From: Candidatus Aminicenantales bacterium
GTDB lineage: Bacteria > Acidobacteriota > Aminicenantia > Aminicenantales > Saccharicenantaceae
Direction of reading: 5' to 3'
NCBI GenBank assembly: GCA_049512315.1
Contig: JBEKXF010000005.1
Location: forward strand, 62,001 to 126,000
Length of the DNA: 64,000 nucleotides
Below the pieces are notes generated by a model. The model searched no databases. It worked only from the letters and a program-made list of their open reading frames with translations, and had not been told where the DNA came from. Positions 8,145 through 17,278 of this stretch are shown here, piece by piece. The position numbers and the translations under genes are program-made. Position 1 is the first letter of the stretch; every line of letters starts with the position of its first letter.

Positions 8145-9290
8145 TTAGGCCGGCGTGCCGGCCGGGCCGCCTTCCCGCGGGACCGCGTAGAGCCCGAAAA
8201 CGGCGTTCGCGACGAGCAAACCCCCCGCCAAGAAAAAGGGATACTGAAGCCCTGCCCGGAAGCCGAGCGACGAGAACACCACGGCCCCGGTCATCTGGCC
8301 CATGGTCTGGAGGGACATCAGCAGGCCGGCGCTCCCGCCGATCGTCCGTTTCTCGAAGAGCCGGGAGATGGTCAGGAGGACCAGGGCACCCATCAGGCCG
8401 TCGCCGGCTTCGTGGACGACCCGGAAGAGGAATGACAGCCGGACGTCGCTCTGGACCATGAGCACGAGGCCCAGGCCGGAAAGCATCATGCCGAGGAGGA
8501 GAAGCCTGCGGTTCCGTCCCGGGTCGACTTTCAAGCGGCTGACGAATAGGGACGACCCGGCCAGGGCCAGGTAGGCCAGGGCCATGTAGAGCGAGACCTG
8601 GAAATCGTCGAGCTTGAAACGGCCCTTGAGGAAGGGGCTGTAGACCGTCCCCTCAACGCCCCAGTGGAGGGCCAGGACGAAGAGGAAGGCCGAAAAGGCC
8701 AGGGTCCTCTTTCTGAGGATGTTCGATCGGTATTCCCGGATGGTGACGACCGAGAACTTCTCCCGGCCGAATCCCCGCAGGGCCAGTGTGGAGAGGGCCA
8801 TGAGGACCGCGAACACGGCGAGCAGAGCCCGGTAGCCCCCATAAAGCGTCAATGCCCCGCCGGCGACGAGCCCGATGGGAGGCCCCACCGCCAGCCAGAA
8901 GTTGTATGTCCCGTATTTCCGGTTGGGGTTCCGGTCCGTCTCGTCCTTGTAATAGAGGCTGTTGGCCGAGACGTCGAGGGCGTTGTTGGCGATGCCGAAG
9001 AGGAGAAAAACGAAGGCCATGAGCCCCGCTCCCCGGACCAGTCCGATCAGGACGAAGATGAATCCCTGGGCGAGCAGGGCCATGAGGATGACCTTCTTCA
9101 TCGAAAGCCGGTCGTTCATCCAGCCCGTGGGAAAAGAGAAAACGATCGGAGCGAAGGAAAGGCAGGAGATGATGAGGCCGATCTCGAGGCCGTTGAACCC
9201 GAGCTTCAGGAAGTGGAGGGGGGCCAGGAAGAGCGCGGCCGTAAAGGTGAGCTTCCGGACGAAGTTGATGATATGGATCTTACGGATCAT
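8145..9290 (-). CDS. MFS transporter
   Basis: About 12 hydrophobic segments; motif A-like GWMNDRLSMKK. Confidence 0.85.
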   Translation of the reverse strand: MIRKIHIINFVRKLTFTAALFLAPLHFLKLGFNGLEIGLIISCLSFAPIVFSFPTGWMNDRLSMKKVILMALLAQGFIFVLIGLVRGAGLMAFVFLLFGIANNALDVSANSLYYKDETDRNPNRKYGTYNFWLAVGPPIGLVAGGALTLYGGYRALLAVFAVLMALSTLALRGFGREKFSVVTIREYRSNILRKRTLAFSAFLFVLALHWGVEGTVYSPFLKGRFKLDDFQVSLYMALAYLALAGSSLFVSRLKVDPGRNRRLLLLGMMLSGLGLVLMVQSDVRLSFLFRVVHEAGDGLMGALVLLTISRLFEKRTIGGSAGLLMSLQTMGQMTGAVVFSSLGFRAGLQYPFFLAGGLLVANAVFGLYAVPREGGPAGTPA

Positions 9291-9347
9291 AGTCGAATGG
9301 CGACATCATACCACGGCCGGCCGATCCGTCATAAGAGGACGCCGAAT

Positions 9348-9378
9348 AAAAAAGGGGGCGGTCCGCCGGCCGCCCCCC
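9348..9378 (-). terminator. Rho-independent terminator of the ECF/anti-sigma/DUF4097 operon
   Basis: GC hairpin GGGGGCGG...CCGCCCCC followed by a T6 run on the minus strand. Confidence 0.7.
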
Positions 9379-9447
9379 GTATCAGACCGTGGGACACAAT
9401 GCTCTGTCCCTGAATGACCGGGGCAGAGTATCGCGTCCCCCTCCGGT

Positions 9448-10410
9448 TCAGTATTTCTTGAGGTCGATGTTGCCGCTGAAACTTCCCAGCCGGATCCTGG
9501 CCCCGCCCTTGTTGACGGTCCCGTGGATCTCTTTCGGAGAGAGCTTGCCGACGACCTCGATCTGGAAGTCGCTGTCGATGACGCCGCTGAACGTGTTGGC
9601 TTCGAATTCGAAGGCCGAGCCGGCCGGGATTTTCATTTCGACGTTTCCGCTGTGGGACTTGAGCTCGTAGTTCCCTCCGGGCATGATGGTCCCCGCGTAG
9701 GTGATATTCCCGCTGACCGTCTTCCCGGTCACCGTCCGGGCCTCGGCCACGTCATTGAGCTCGATGTCGCCGCTGACCGACTCGAGCTCTACCGAACCCT
9801 TGACCTTGGTCGCCCTGACGTCCCCGGAAACGGACTTGAGATAGGCGTCGCCCATCACGTTCTCCAGAGTGATGTCGCCGCTGACCAGCTTGACTTCGAC
9901 GCCTGCCGCGCCGAGAACGTTCACGTTGCCGCTGACGGAGTTGACCTTGACCGGACCGCCGTGAATGCAATCGAGCGTGACATCGCCGCTCACGGACTTC
10001 ACGTCGGCAGCCGCCTTCTCCGGGATCCAGAGTTTGTAGGACACCGAGACGTTGATGTTGTTACCCCAAAAGCCGTGGTGCTCGGGGTATTTGGTCTCGA
10101 TCCGGACAACGCCGGTTTCGTTGGTCACTTCGATCGTCACTTCCTTGGCGTTCTCCTTGGCCTTATCGAGGCTCGACGCCTCGGACACCTTGAGGGCCTC
10201 GATCTTGACCTGGTCTTCCTTCCAGCTCTTGATCTCGATGTCGCCGGAAACGTTGATCAGGTAGACCTTGCCGCCCTGGGCCAGGGCTGCCGTCTTCTCG
10301 AACTTCTCCTCGTACTTCTCGCGGCCGAGGGCCAGGGCCGCGCCGAGGGTCAGGACGAAGGCCAGGCCCAGCGGGACCGCCAGCTTTTTCATGCTTTCCC
10401 GATTCATCAT
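9448..10410 (-). CDS. DUF4097 beta-strand-repeat exported protein
   Basis: Signal peptide; repeated (K/E)SVSG(D/N)(V/I) units; AGGAGG SD upstream. Confidence 0.85.
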   Translation of the reverse strand: MMNRESMKKLAVPLGLAFVLTLGAALALGREKYEEKFEKTAALAQGGKVYLINVSGDIEIKSWKEDQVKIEALKVSEASSLDKAKENAKEVTIEVTNETGVVRIETKYPEHHGFWGNNINVSVSYKLWIPEKAAADVKSVSGDVTLDCIHGGPVKVNSVSGNVNVLGAAGVEVKLVSGDITLENVMGDAYLKSVSGDVRATKVKGSVELESVSGDIELNDVAEARTVTGKTVSGNITYAGTIMPGGNYELKSHSGNVEMKIPAGSAFEFEANTFSGVIDSDFQIEVVGKLSPKEIHGTVNKGGARIRLGSFSGNIDLKKY

Positions 10411-10434
10411 AGTCATCCTCCTTCTTGTGTGTTT

Positions 10435-11142
10435 TTATAAGGTCGTTCCCCGCTTGACGGCAGCCGGGTTCTTTCCGGAGAACTCTAGGGCCGTGTCGAG
10501 GATGTGGACTTTGTCCAGGTAGGCGGCCAGGAGGTAATTCCTGGCCTGAAGGTCGTCCGGCTCCTTCAAAACGGCCTGACGGCAGGCCTGGATGGTGGCG
10601 TCGATGACGGCCAGGTTCTTCTCGAACATCTCGGCCGCCTGCGTAACCATCATCCCTTTCTGAGAGGCGAACGCTTCTCCGAGGGACGCGATGGCTTTCT
10701 TGTAGTATCCTTCGGCCTCGTCCAGCTTGGCCAGCGTGTACTTCTCGGAGTTCCTGGGAATTACGAGGCTTCCCCGGCGTCCCTGGCGGGTCTCGACGAT
10801 GATCCCCGAGGCGATGAGGATGAGGGCGAGGGCGGCCGCTCCGGCAAATCTCAAGGCCGGCGCGCTCCAGCCGAACGACCAGGACCGGGGCGCTTTAGCC
10901 GAGGCCGCGGCCGAGCCCGCTTCGGGGGCACTCAGCCGGCGCCTGATCTTCAGCCAGACGGCGTCTCCGGGCTCGCGGCCGGCCAGGCCCGGAGCGGCTT
11001 CGGTCACGGTCCGGAAGTCCCCGAGGAGCTCCCGGCAGGCCGCGCATGTCCGGACGTGCTGTTCGAGCCCGGCGGCCTTCCCGGCCTTGAGCAAGCCGTC
11101 GACGTATTCACTGATGAGTCTTCGGGCTTGATGACACCGCAT
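10435..11142 (-). CDS. zf-HC2 anti-sigma factor (membrane-anchored)
   Basis: MRC...HVRTCAAC (HxxxCxxC), one TM segment, directly downstream of an ECF sigma. Confidence 0.88.
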   Translation of the reverse strand: MRCHQARRLISEYVDGLLKAGKAAGLEQHVRTCAACRELLGDFRTVTEAAPGLAGREPGDAVWLKIRRRLSAPEAGSAAASAKAPRSWSFGWSAPALRFAGAAALALILIASGIIVETRQGRRGSLVIPRNSEKYTLAKLDEAEGYYKKAIASLGEAFASQKGMMVTQAAEMFEKNLAVIDATIQACRQAVLKEPDDLQARNYLLAAYLDKVHILDTALEFSGKNPAAVKRGTTL

Positions 11143-11154
11143 GGTTTTTCTCCG

Positions 11155-11796
11155 TCAAACGACTTTCCTTGCTTTGAGGAAGACCCGCAGCTTCATCCTG
11201 GCCTTGAAAAGCTGGGATTTCGAGGTCCCCACGGAACAGCCGAGGAGCCGGGAGATCTCTTCATGCTTGTACCCTTGGACGTCGTGAAGGACGAACACGC
11301 TCCGGAGACGCGGGGGAAGGGATTGCACGGCCGTTTCCAGGGGTTCCTTGAGATCTTTTTCCACGGTTTCGGCGCCCTCGTCCGGGATCTGACCTTCCAT
11401 CTCGCTGAGGGGGACGGTTTTCCCGCTCTGGGCCTTTTTCTGACGCAGGTAGCTGTAGCAGGTGTTGAGGGCGATCCGGTAGACCCAGGCCGGGAACGTG
11501 TCCGCGTCCCGGACTTCCCGGAGATGGGAAAAGACCTTCAGGAAAACGTCCTGGAGGAGGTCCTCGGCGACCGCCTGGTTCAGGGTATGGCGGTACTGCA
11601 GGCCGAATACGGCGCGCTTGAACATTTCGTAGATGGATTCCATGGCCGCGAGGTCGCCGGCCCGGCCGCGCGCGAGGAGGTCGGCCAGGCGGGCCTTGTC
11701 GGCCGTCCCCCAGACGGGCTCGTCCGGCTTGATTACGCTCACGAAGCCGGCCGCCTCCGGGAATTCCTCCCGCTCGTCATGGACCTTATTATCCAT
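11155..11796 (-). CDS. ECF RNA polymerase sigma factor
   Basis: AEDLLQDVFLK, WVYRIALN, GYKHEEIS..LG.SVGTSKSQLFKAR. Confidence 0.93.
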   Translation of the reverse strand: MDNKVHDEREEFPEAAGFVSVIKPDEPVWGTADKARLADLLARGRAGDLAAMESIYEMFKRAVFGLQYRHTLNQAVAEDLLQDVFLKVFSHLREVRDADTFPAWVYRIALNTCYSYLRQKKAQSGKTVPLSEMEGQIPDEGAETVEKDLKEPLETAVQSLPPRLRSVFVLHDVQGYKHEEISRLLGCSVGTSKSQLFKARMKLRVFLKARKVV

Positions 11797-11948
11797 GATT
11801 TCCCCGGGGACTGCCAGGATCAGGTCGCGTGCGCCCATTTCTTTCCTCACCCGTAATAGATGAAACGCCCCGGCAAAAGGTTGCCCGGGCAAGAACCTCG
11901 AGGCGGCCGCGTTGACAGCAAAAAGCCGGATGAAATAGGATTCTCCCC

Positions 11949-12521
11949 ATGACGAAAAGGCTGTTCAAGACAACGGCCGCTTGGCGGGCCTGGCTGGAGC
12001 GAAACCACTCCCGGGACAAAGGGATCTGGCTCGTCTACTACAAGAAGGGGTCGGGCAAGACATCCGTGACCTACGAGGAGGCGCTTCAAGAAGCCCTGTG
12101 TTACGGCTGGATCGATTCGACGACCAATCGGTTCGACAGCGAGCGGTATATGCAGAGATGGACGCCGCGGAATACCGACAGCGTCTGGTCGGCGGCCAAC
12201 AAAAGGCGGGTCCGGAAGCTCATCGCCGAAGGCCGGATGGCCGCGCCGGGGATGGCGAAGATCGAAGCGGCCAAGCGCAACGGCTCATGGGACAAGCAGA
12301 GCGATATCGACCGGATCGGCCGGACCAACGAGATCCCGGAGGACCTTCACGAGGCCCTCGACGGGAACCCGGCGGCGAAAGAAAAATTCGAGCGGCTGGC
12401 ACCGTCTCAAAAAAAGCTCTGGGCCTGGTGGATTTTGAGCGCCAACGGGCCGGAAACGCGTCGGCGCCGGATCGCCGAAACGGTCAAGGGCGTCGCGGCC
12501 GGGCGCCGGCCCGGGATGTGA
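11949..12521 (+). CDS. YdeI/OmpD-associated family protein
   Basis: WRAWLE.NH, EALCYGWIDS, TPR...S.WS..NK, ETR.RRI. Confidence 0.9.
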   Translation: MTKRLFKTTAAWRAWLERNHSRDKGIWLVYYKKGSGKTSVTYEEALQEALCYGWIDSTTNRFDSERYMQRWTPRNTDSVWSAANKRRVRKLIAEGRMAAPGMAKIEAAKRNGSWDKQSDIDRIGRTNEIPEDLHEALDGNPAAKEKFERLAPSQKKLWAWWILSANGPETRRRRIAETVKGVAAGRRPGM

Positions 12522-12626
12522 CGAAGAAGGATGAATCTTGATTTATTGAACCGGCCCGTGGCCATCTCCAGGGCAATAATCTCAAATATCAGGTCCGCGG
12601 GATCTCCGCTCCCGGCGATCGGTCCA

Positions 12627-13322
12627 TCAGGCCCCGGACTTGAAGCCGGCCGAGACGTGGGTGCCGTCACAAAAAGGCTTGTTTTTGGATAGGCCGCAGC
12701 GGCAGAGCGTCATCCGGTTCCTCGTTTCGTAGACAACGCCGTCGGCCGATTCGATCGGAATGCCGCCCTTAACCCAGATGGGACCGCTCGTCCCGGCCTT
12801 GGGGTTCTCGATCAACCTTATCGATGGTTCGAGCTCGGCTTCGATGGCCTCGCCGGTCGTCTTGTCCCAGGCGACCAGGCTCCCCGATGGGCAAGCGCAG
12901 GCCTCTTCGACAGCCGTCTTCCTGGCCGTGGGATCGTCCGACCGTTCGGCATAACCCCAGGCCTCCTCCCCCCTGTGACAGAAGCGAGCCACCGCGCAGA
13001 ACTCCGGCGACCAGGTCAGGTCGAGCCCAGGACCGGCCGTTTTTTCCGCGTGTTTGAGATAGGCGTCACGCCCCGCCGTCTCGGTCCCGTCGAACGCGAT
13101 CTCAAAGTGGCTGCCGTCGCAGAACGGCTTGTCCTTTGACCTACCGCAACGGCAGAGGGCGGATGTGCCCCGGTCGGGGTACGTGGCGCCTTTTTCCCAT
13201 TTCGCCGGCTCGCCGTCGGTGCCGATGATCATGCGGTCCTGGGCCAACGGGACTTTCCCGGTGACGATATAGGGGCCGTCCTTCGTGACCTTGATTCGCC
13301 CGATATTCTTCGAATCGCTCAT
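12627..13322 (-). CDS. CDGSH iron-sulfur protein with a central divergent ferredoxin-like domain
   Basis: Two LCRCG.S..KPFCDG(S/T)H motifs and a central C.....C...CPSG. Confidence 0.92.
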   Translation of the reverse strand: MSDSKNIGRIKVTKDGPYIVTGKVPLAQDRMIIGTDGEPAKWEKGATYPDRGTSALCRCGRSKDKPFCDGSHFEIAFDGTETAGRDAYLKHAEKTAGPGLDLTWSPEFCAVARFCHRGEEAWGYAERSDDPTARKTAVEEACACPSGSLVAWDKTTGEAIEAELEPSIRLIENPKAGTSGPIWVKGGIPIESADGVVYETRNRMTLCRCGLSKNKPFCDGTHVSAGFKSGA

Positions 13323-13447
13323 GATCGCGGCCTCTTTTAATTATGCTCTCGCCCTCGTAAAATGGTCAAAAAAGGCCCCTCGTGGCAGGTCGAGGTCAGC
13401 CGTGGAAGGCCTGCCCGCGTATTTTTTTATCCGGGTTTTCGGTGGAC

Positions 13448-14044
13448 CTAATTCCCGACTCCGATCTGCTTCATGTAGGTGGCATTGTCCCAGTACAGCC
13501 ACTCCTCGATCATGACGCCGTCTTTCCAATGCCCCACGGTGCACATGGGAAGGGAAAACGATTTGCCGGTGGGCTGGATGAACTTGCCGTTCCCGATGGG
13601 CATCGGCTTGGTGAACGTCCCGGTCATGATCCCGGTCACGCAAGTGAAATCGTTCGACCCGAACTTGACGGGATGGACCTTGATCTTCGTGTCCGGGGCA
13701 TACACGAACATGGCCTTGAGGTCCTCGATGTGCCTTTCGATACCGTTGGTGTGGTGACCGTCGGGCCAGTTGACGACGACGTCCATGGAATGACTTTCGT
13801 GCAGCCGGACCCACTCCTGATTGCTGAACACGATATAGTCCAGGGTGTCGAAGGTCTCGAGGTTCTTTCCGACCGTCGCCCTCTCGTCCGTGACCTTCGC
13901 CAGCTCCGCTTTCATCTCGTCGATCTTGGCCTGCATCTCAGGCGAGTAACCGCTCTTGTTCGCGCCCTTGGAACAAGCCGAGGAGGCCATCAAGCTCAAA
14001 GCGAGCACGGCGATCATGACTAGACTCCGAGTCAATGACTTCAT
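13448..14044 (-). CDS. SnoaL-like ester cyclase family lipoprotein
   Basis: Lipobox-like SSAC; GTFTKPM....IQPTGK.F, EEWLYWD. Confidence 0.8.
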   Translation of the reverse strand: MKSLTRSLVMIAVLALSLMASSACSKGANKSGYSPEMQAKIDEMKAELAKVTDERATVGKNLETFDTLDYIVFSNQEWVRLHESHSMDVVVNWPDGHHTNGIERHIEDLKAMFVYAPDTKIKVHPVKFGSNDFTCVTGIMTGTFTKPMPIGNGKFIQPTGKSFSLPMCTVGHWKDGVMIEEWLYWDNATYMKQIGVGN

Positions 14045-14257
14045 TTTTGTTTTTCCTTTCAGGGAACCCCTACAAATCTTATAGGTTTATAATAGTTTCA
14101 TCCGACGTTGCTGTCAATCTCTTTCAAAGTCAGGCTGTGCGGCGCGATAATCTTGATCGAATCTGCAGGCCACGAGGCGCCGGCCGCGAAATCCGCTCAA
14201 GGACGGCAGATCTCCGCCCCCTATCGAAATCACGTGTCTCCAAGCCGATTCTTGGGT

Positions 14258-15664
14258 TTAGTTCGGGCCCCAGCGCATCAGGACGGGCGGGATGAGGGCC
14301 AGCGCCGCGAACAGGACCCAGGCGACGAGGAGCGGGACCATCCACTTGGCCCATTTCTCCCACTTGAGCCCGGCCAGGCCCAGGATCCCCATGGTGACCC
14401 CCGACGTCGGCAGGACGGGGTTGATGTATTCGGCGAGCTGGAAAGCGAAAACGGACGTCTGCCGGGTGATCCCCACCAGGTCCCCGAGCGGGGCCATGAT
14501 CGGGATGGTCAGGGCGGCCTGGGCCGTCCCCGAGTGGACGAAGAAATTGATCACGCACTGGGAGACGAACATGAGCTCGGAGGAGAGGAGCGGGTGGAAG
14601 CGCGAGATGGCGCCGGCCATCCCGGCCAGGATGGTGTCCAGGATCCTTCCGTCCTGGGCCACGATGAGGATGGCCCGGGCCGTGCCGATGATGAGGGCCG
14701 CGTTGACCATGTCCTTGGCGCCGTCGACGAACGCTTTGCCCAGCTCATCGCCCTTGAGCTGGCCTGCGATTCCGGCAAAGATGCCCATGGCCAGGAAAAC
14801 GCCGCCGATCTCAAAGATGAACCAATGGTATTTCAGGATGCCAAAGACCATGAAGCCGAAGCCGGCGAAGAAGACCGCCATGACCCGTTTGTGGGCGGCC
14901 GTCAGCGGGAGCTTTTCGATGACCGGGCCTCCGACCTGGAGCTTTTTCCTCTTCCCAAGGTCCTCTTCGTAGGTCGGGCTGAGCTTCGGGTCCTTGAAGA
15001 TCCGGCCGGCATAGCGCATGACGATGGCGATAACGATGGCCGTCCCGCCGGCCCAGACGATCAGCCGGTACCCCAGTCCGGAATAAAGGGGGAGGCCCGC
15101 GATGCCCTGGGCGATCCCGACCGTGAAGGGATTGAAAAACGCCCCGGCAAATCCCGACGCGGCGCCCAGGAAGGGCAGGGCGACGCCGACGATCGTGTCG
15201 TAGCCGAGCGACAGCGAGAGGGGGACGAAGATCAGGATGAAGGGCATGGTCTCCTCGCACATGCCCCAGATGGCGCCTCCCAGGGAAAAGATGATCATCG
15301 TCACGGGAATGAAGAGGACCCGGAGGGTTTTGCTTTGTCCGAACTTCAGGGCCAGGTTGTGGATGACGGTCGAGATGGCCCCGGTCTTCTGGATGACCGA
15401 GAAGGCGCCGCCGCAGATGAAGACGATGATGATGATGGCCGCGGCGTCCACGAACCCCTTGGCCGGCGAGACGAAGAGCCCGCCGAGCCCCTGGGGGCGG
15501 CTTTCGGCCCGCTGGTAGGACCCGGCCACGGGGATGGTCCGTCCATCCTTCTCGATCCGCTTGTACTGGCCGCCCGGAATGATCCAGGTGGCGGCCACGG
15601 TCAGGACGACCATGATATAGATGAGGATGAGGGTGTGGGGGAGCTTCAGGGTCTTCAGGCTCAT
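14258..15664 (-). CDS. YfcC/DcuC-family (C4-dicarboxylate anaerobic carrier-like) transporter
   Basis: PHT..LI, IPGGQY.R, NPFTVGIAQGIA.LP..SG..YR, PTSGV.MG.L. Confidence 0.9.
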   Translation of the reverse strand: MSLKTLKLPHTLILIYIMVVLTVAATWIIPGGQYKRIEKDGRTIPVAGSYQRAESRPQGLGGLFVSPAKGFVDAAAIIIIVFICGGAFSVIQKTGAISTVIHNLALKFGQSKTLRVLFIPVTMIIFSLGGAIWGMCEETMPFILIFVPLSLSLGYDTIVGVALPFLGAASGFAGAFFNPFTVGIAQGIAGLPLYSGLGYRLIVWAGGTAIVIAIVMRYAGRIFKDPKLSPTYEEDLGKRKKLQVGGPVIEKLPLTAAHKRVMAVFFAGFGFMVFGILKYHWFIFEIGGVFLAMGIFAGIAGQLKGDELGKAFVDGAKDMVNAALIIGTARAILIVAQDGRILDTILAGMAGAISRFHPLLSSELMFVSQCVINFFVHSGTAQAALTIPIMAPLGDLVGITRQTSVFAFQLAEYINPVLPTSGVTMGILGLAGLKWEKWAKWMVPLLVAWVLFAALALIPPVLMRWGPN

Positions 15665-16524
15665 CGGGCCTCCACTTTTCCCTTCGCGAGATTATAGACA
15701 TTACCCGACAGCAGGACGTGCATGGTCATGCCCTGGGCGCCGAGCCGCCCGGCCGGCGTCTTGAAGGTCTGGGCCTTGCGCGCGTCATAGATGATGACCT
15801 GGTTCTCGCCGAGGACCTCGTAGCGGCCGTCGGGCCGGACGAGGACGGCCGTGGACTCGTCGATCCCCACTCCGACGAGCTTCGGGTTCTCGAGGACGAG
15901 GCTGATCAGCCGGTTGTGGCGCCGCCGGGTCACGAAATGCTGGTCGATGATGGCCTTCGTGACGAAGCCGAATCCGCGGACCCGGACGATGTCCGCGGCC
16001 CAGATGACCTGCCACTGCTCGTCTTCCTTGGCCGTCCTTTTCTCGTCTCCCGTGATCATGACCTCGCTCATGACCGCGGCGCCGGCGCTCGTGCCGCCGA
16101 TGATGCAGCCCTTCGCGTAAAGCTCGAGCATCTTCTGATGGATGGGAGTGTCGAGGAGGGCCGCGGTCAGGCGCGACTGGTCGCCGCCGGCGAACCATAC
16201 GCCGCCGGCGCCGTCGAGGATCTTCGCGCTGTCGGGCTTCATGGCCTCTTCGTGCGTCAACTGATAAAAAACGACATCCTTGGCGCCGTTGCCCTTGAAT
16301 TCGGCCAGGAGCTCGGGGCCGACTTCCTGGGGGACGCCGCTGGCCATGGTAAAGATCACGATCTTCCCTGTGCCGAACCCCGAGGCGAGCTGGATGTATC
16401 GCTTCATCAGGGGCGCGTCGCGCTCCCCGCCGCCGATGATGAACAGGTCGCCCCTCGGCCCGGCCTGGGTGGCCAGCGAGCAGGCCAGGAGGATGATCAG
16501 GAAAACGATCGGATTTTTTTTCAC
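15661..16524 (-). CDS. Secreted cyanophycinase (peptidase S51)
   Basis: IIGGG, GGDQSRL, GTSAGA (catalytic Ser), IDQHF..R.R..RL, GVGIDE.TA; signal peptide from GTG 16524. Confidence 0.88.
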   Translation of the reverse strand: MKKNPIVFLIILLACSLATQAGPRGDLFIIGGGERDAPLMKRYIQLASGFGTGKIVIFTMASGVPQEVGPELLAEFKGNGAKDVVFYQLTHEEAMKPDSAKILDGAGGVWFAGGDQSRLTAALLDTPIHQKMLELYAKGCIIGGTSAGAAVMSEVMITGDEKRTAKEDEQWQVIWAADIVRVRGFGFVTKAIIDQHFVTRRRHNRLISLVLENPKLVGVGIDESTAVLVRPDGRYEVLGENQVIIYDARKAQTFKTPAGRLGAQGMTMHVLLSGNVYNLAKGKVEAR

Positions 16525-16707
16525 GCGATACCTCCGGACAAAGGACGATCCATGGAGCCCTATCTTACCAAAATGGGGCGGAATCTGTCCCCTCATAAAT
16601 TCAGCAAAGTCCAATCATCCAACAAATTGACAGGACGGAGAGATTTTGTTAGACGTTGATCGATGTTCGGGCCCGCTCCCTAGGGAGCGGGGGGTTCTCA
16701 AGAACAC

Positions 16708-17253
16708 ATGAAAACTACAACGCTCAAATTTGCGTCGATTTCACATTATCAACCTGGCGCATTATCGGCTCTCATCCATAAAAGTTATGCGGGATTGATC
16801 CAAGAATGTCCCGAGTATTGGGAACAGGAAGGCAAAAAATGGGATGATTTTGACAGGCAGTCGTTTGCCCATCCTGACACCATTGGAAAATGTGTTTTTG
16901 TGAGCTGCCTTGATGATCAGTCCATTGGCTTGGCTTCCTATGATCCGCGCCATGGACCCCGATACGGCCTCATTGGCCAAAATTGCGTCTTGCCGGAATA
17001 CCGCGGACGAGGCTTTGGGAAACAACAGATTCTTGAAATTTTGGGGAGGTTCGGGGAAAGTCAAACCAGCGCCGCCCGTGTGTCAACGAGCGAGCACCCG
17101 TTTTTTATGCCAGCCCAAAAAATGTATCAAAGCCTGGGCTTCAAGGAAACCCGCCGGTTCGTGGGCGGTCCAGACCCCCGATATAAGGTCATTGAGCTGG
17201 AGATAGATCTCTTAACACCCCAAGGTGGGACATCGCCCTTCGAACGGCGATGA
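16708..17253 (+). CDS. GNAT-family N-acetyltransferase
   Basis: VLPEYRGRGFGK acetyl-CoA motif, A.KMYQSLGF; visibly AT-richer DNA. Confidence 0.85.
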   Translation: MKTTTLKFASISHYQPGALSALIHKSYAGLIQECPEYWEQEGKKWDDFDRQSFAHPDTIGKCVFVSCLDDQSIGLASYDPRHGPRYGLIGQNCVLPEYRGRGFGKQQILEILGRFGESQTSAARVSTSEHPFFMPAQKMYQSLGFKETRRFVGGPDPRYKVIELEIDLLTPQGGTSPFERR

Positions 17254-17278
17254 TAACCGCGGGCGGGCGGATGTCGGC

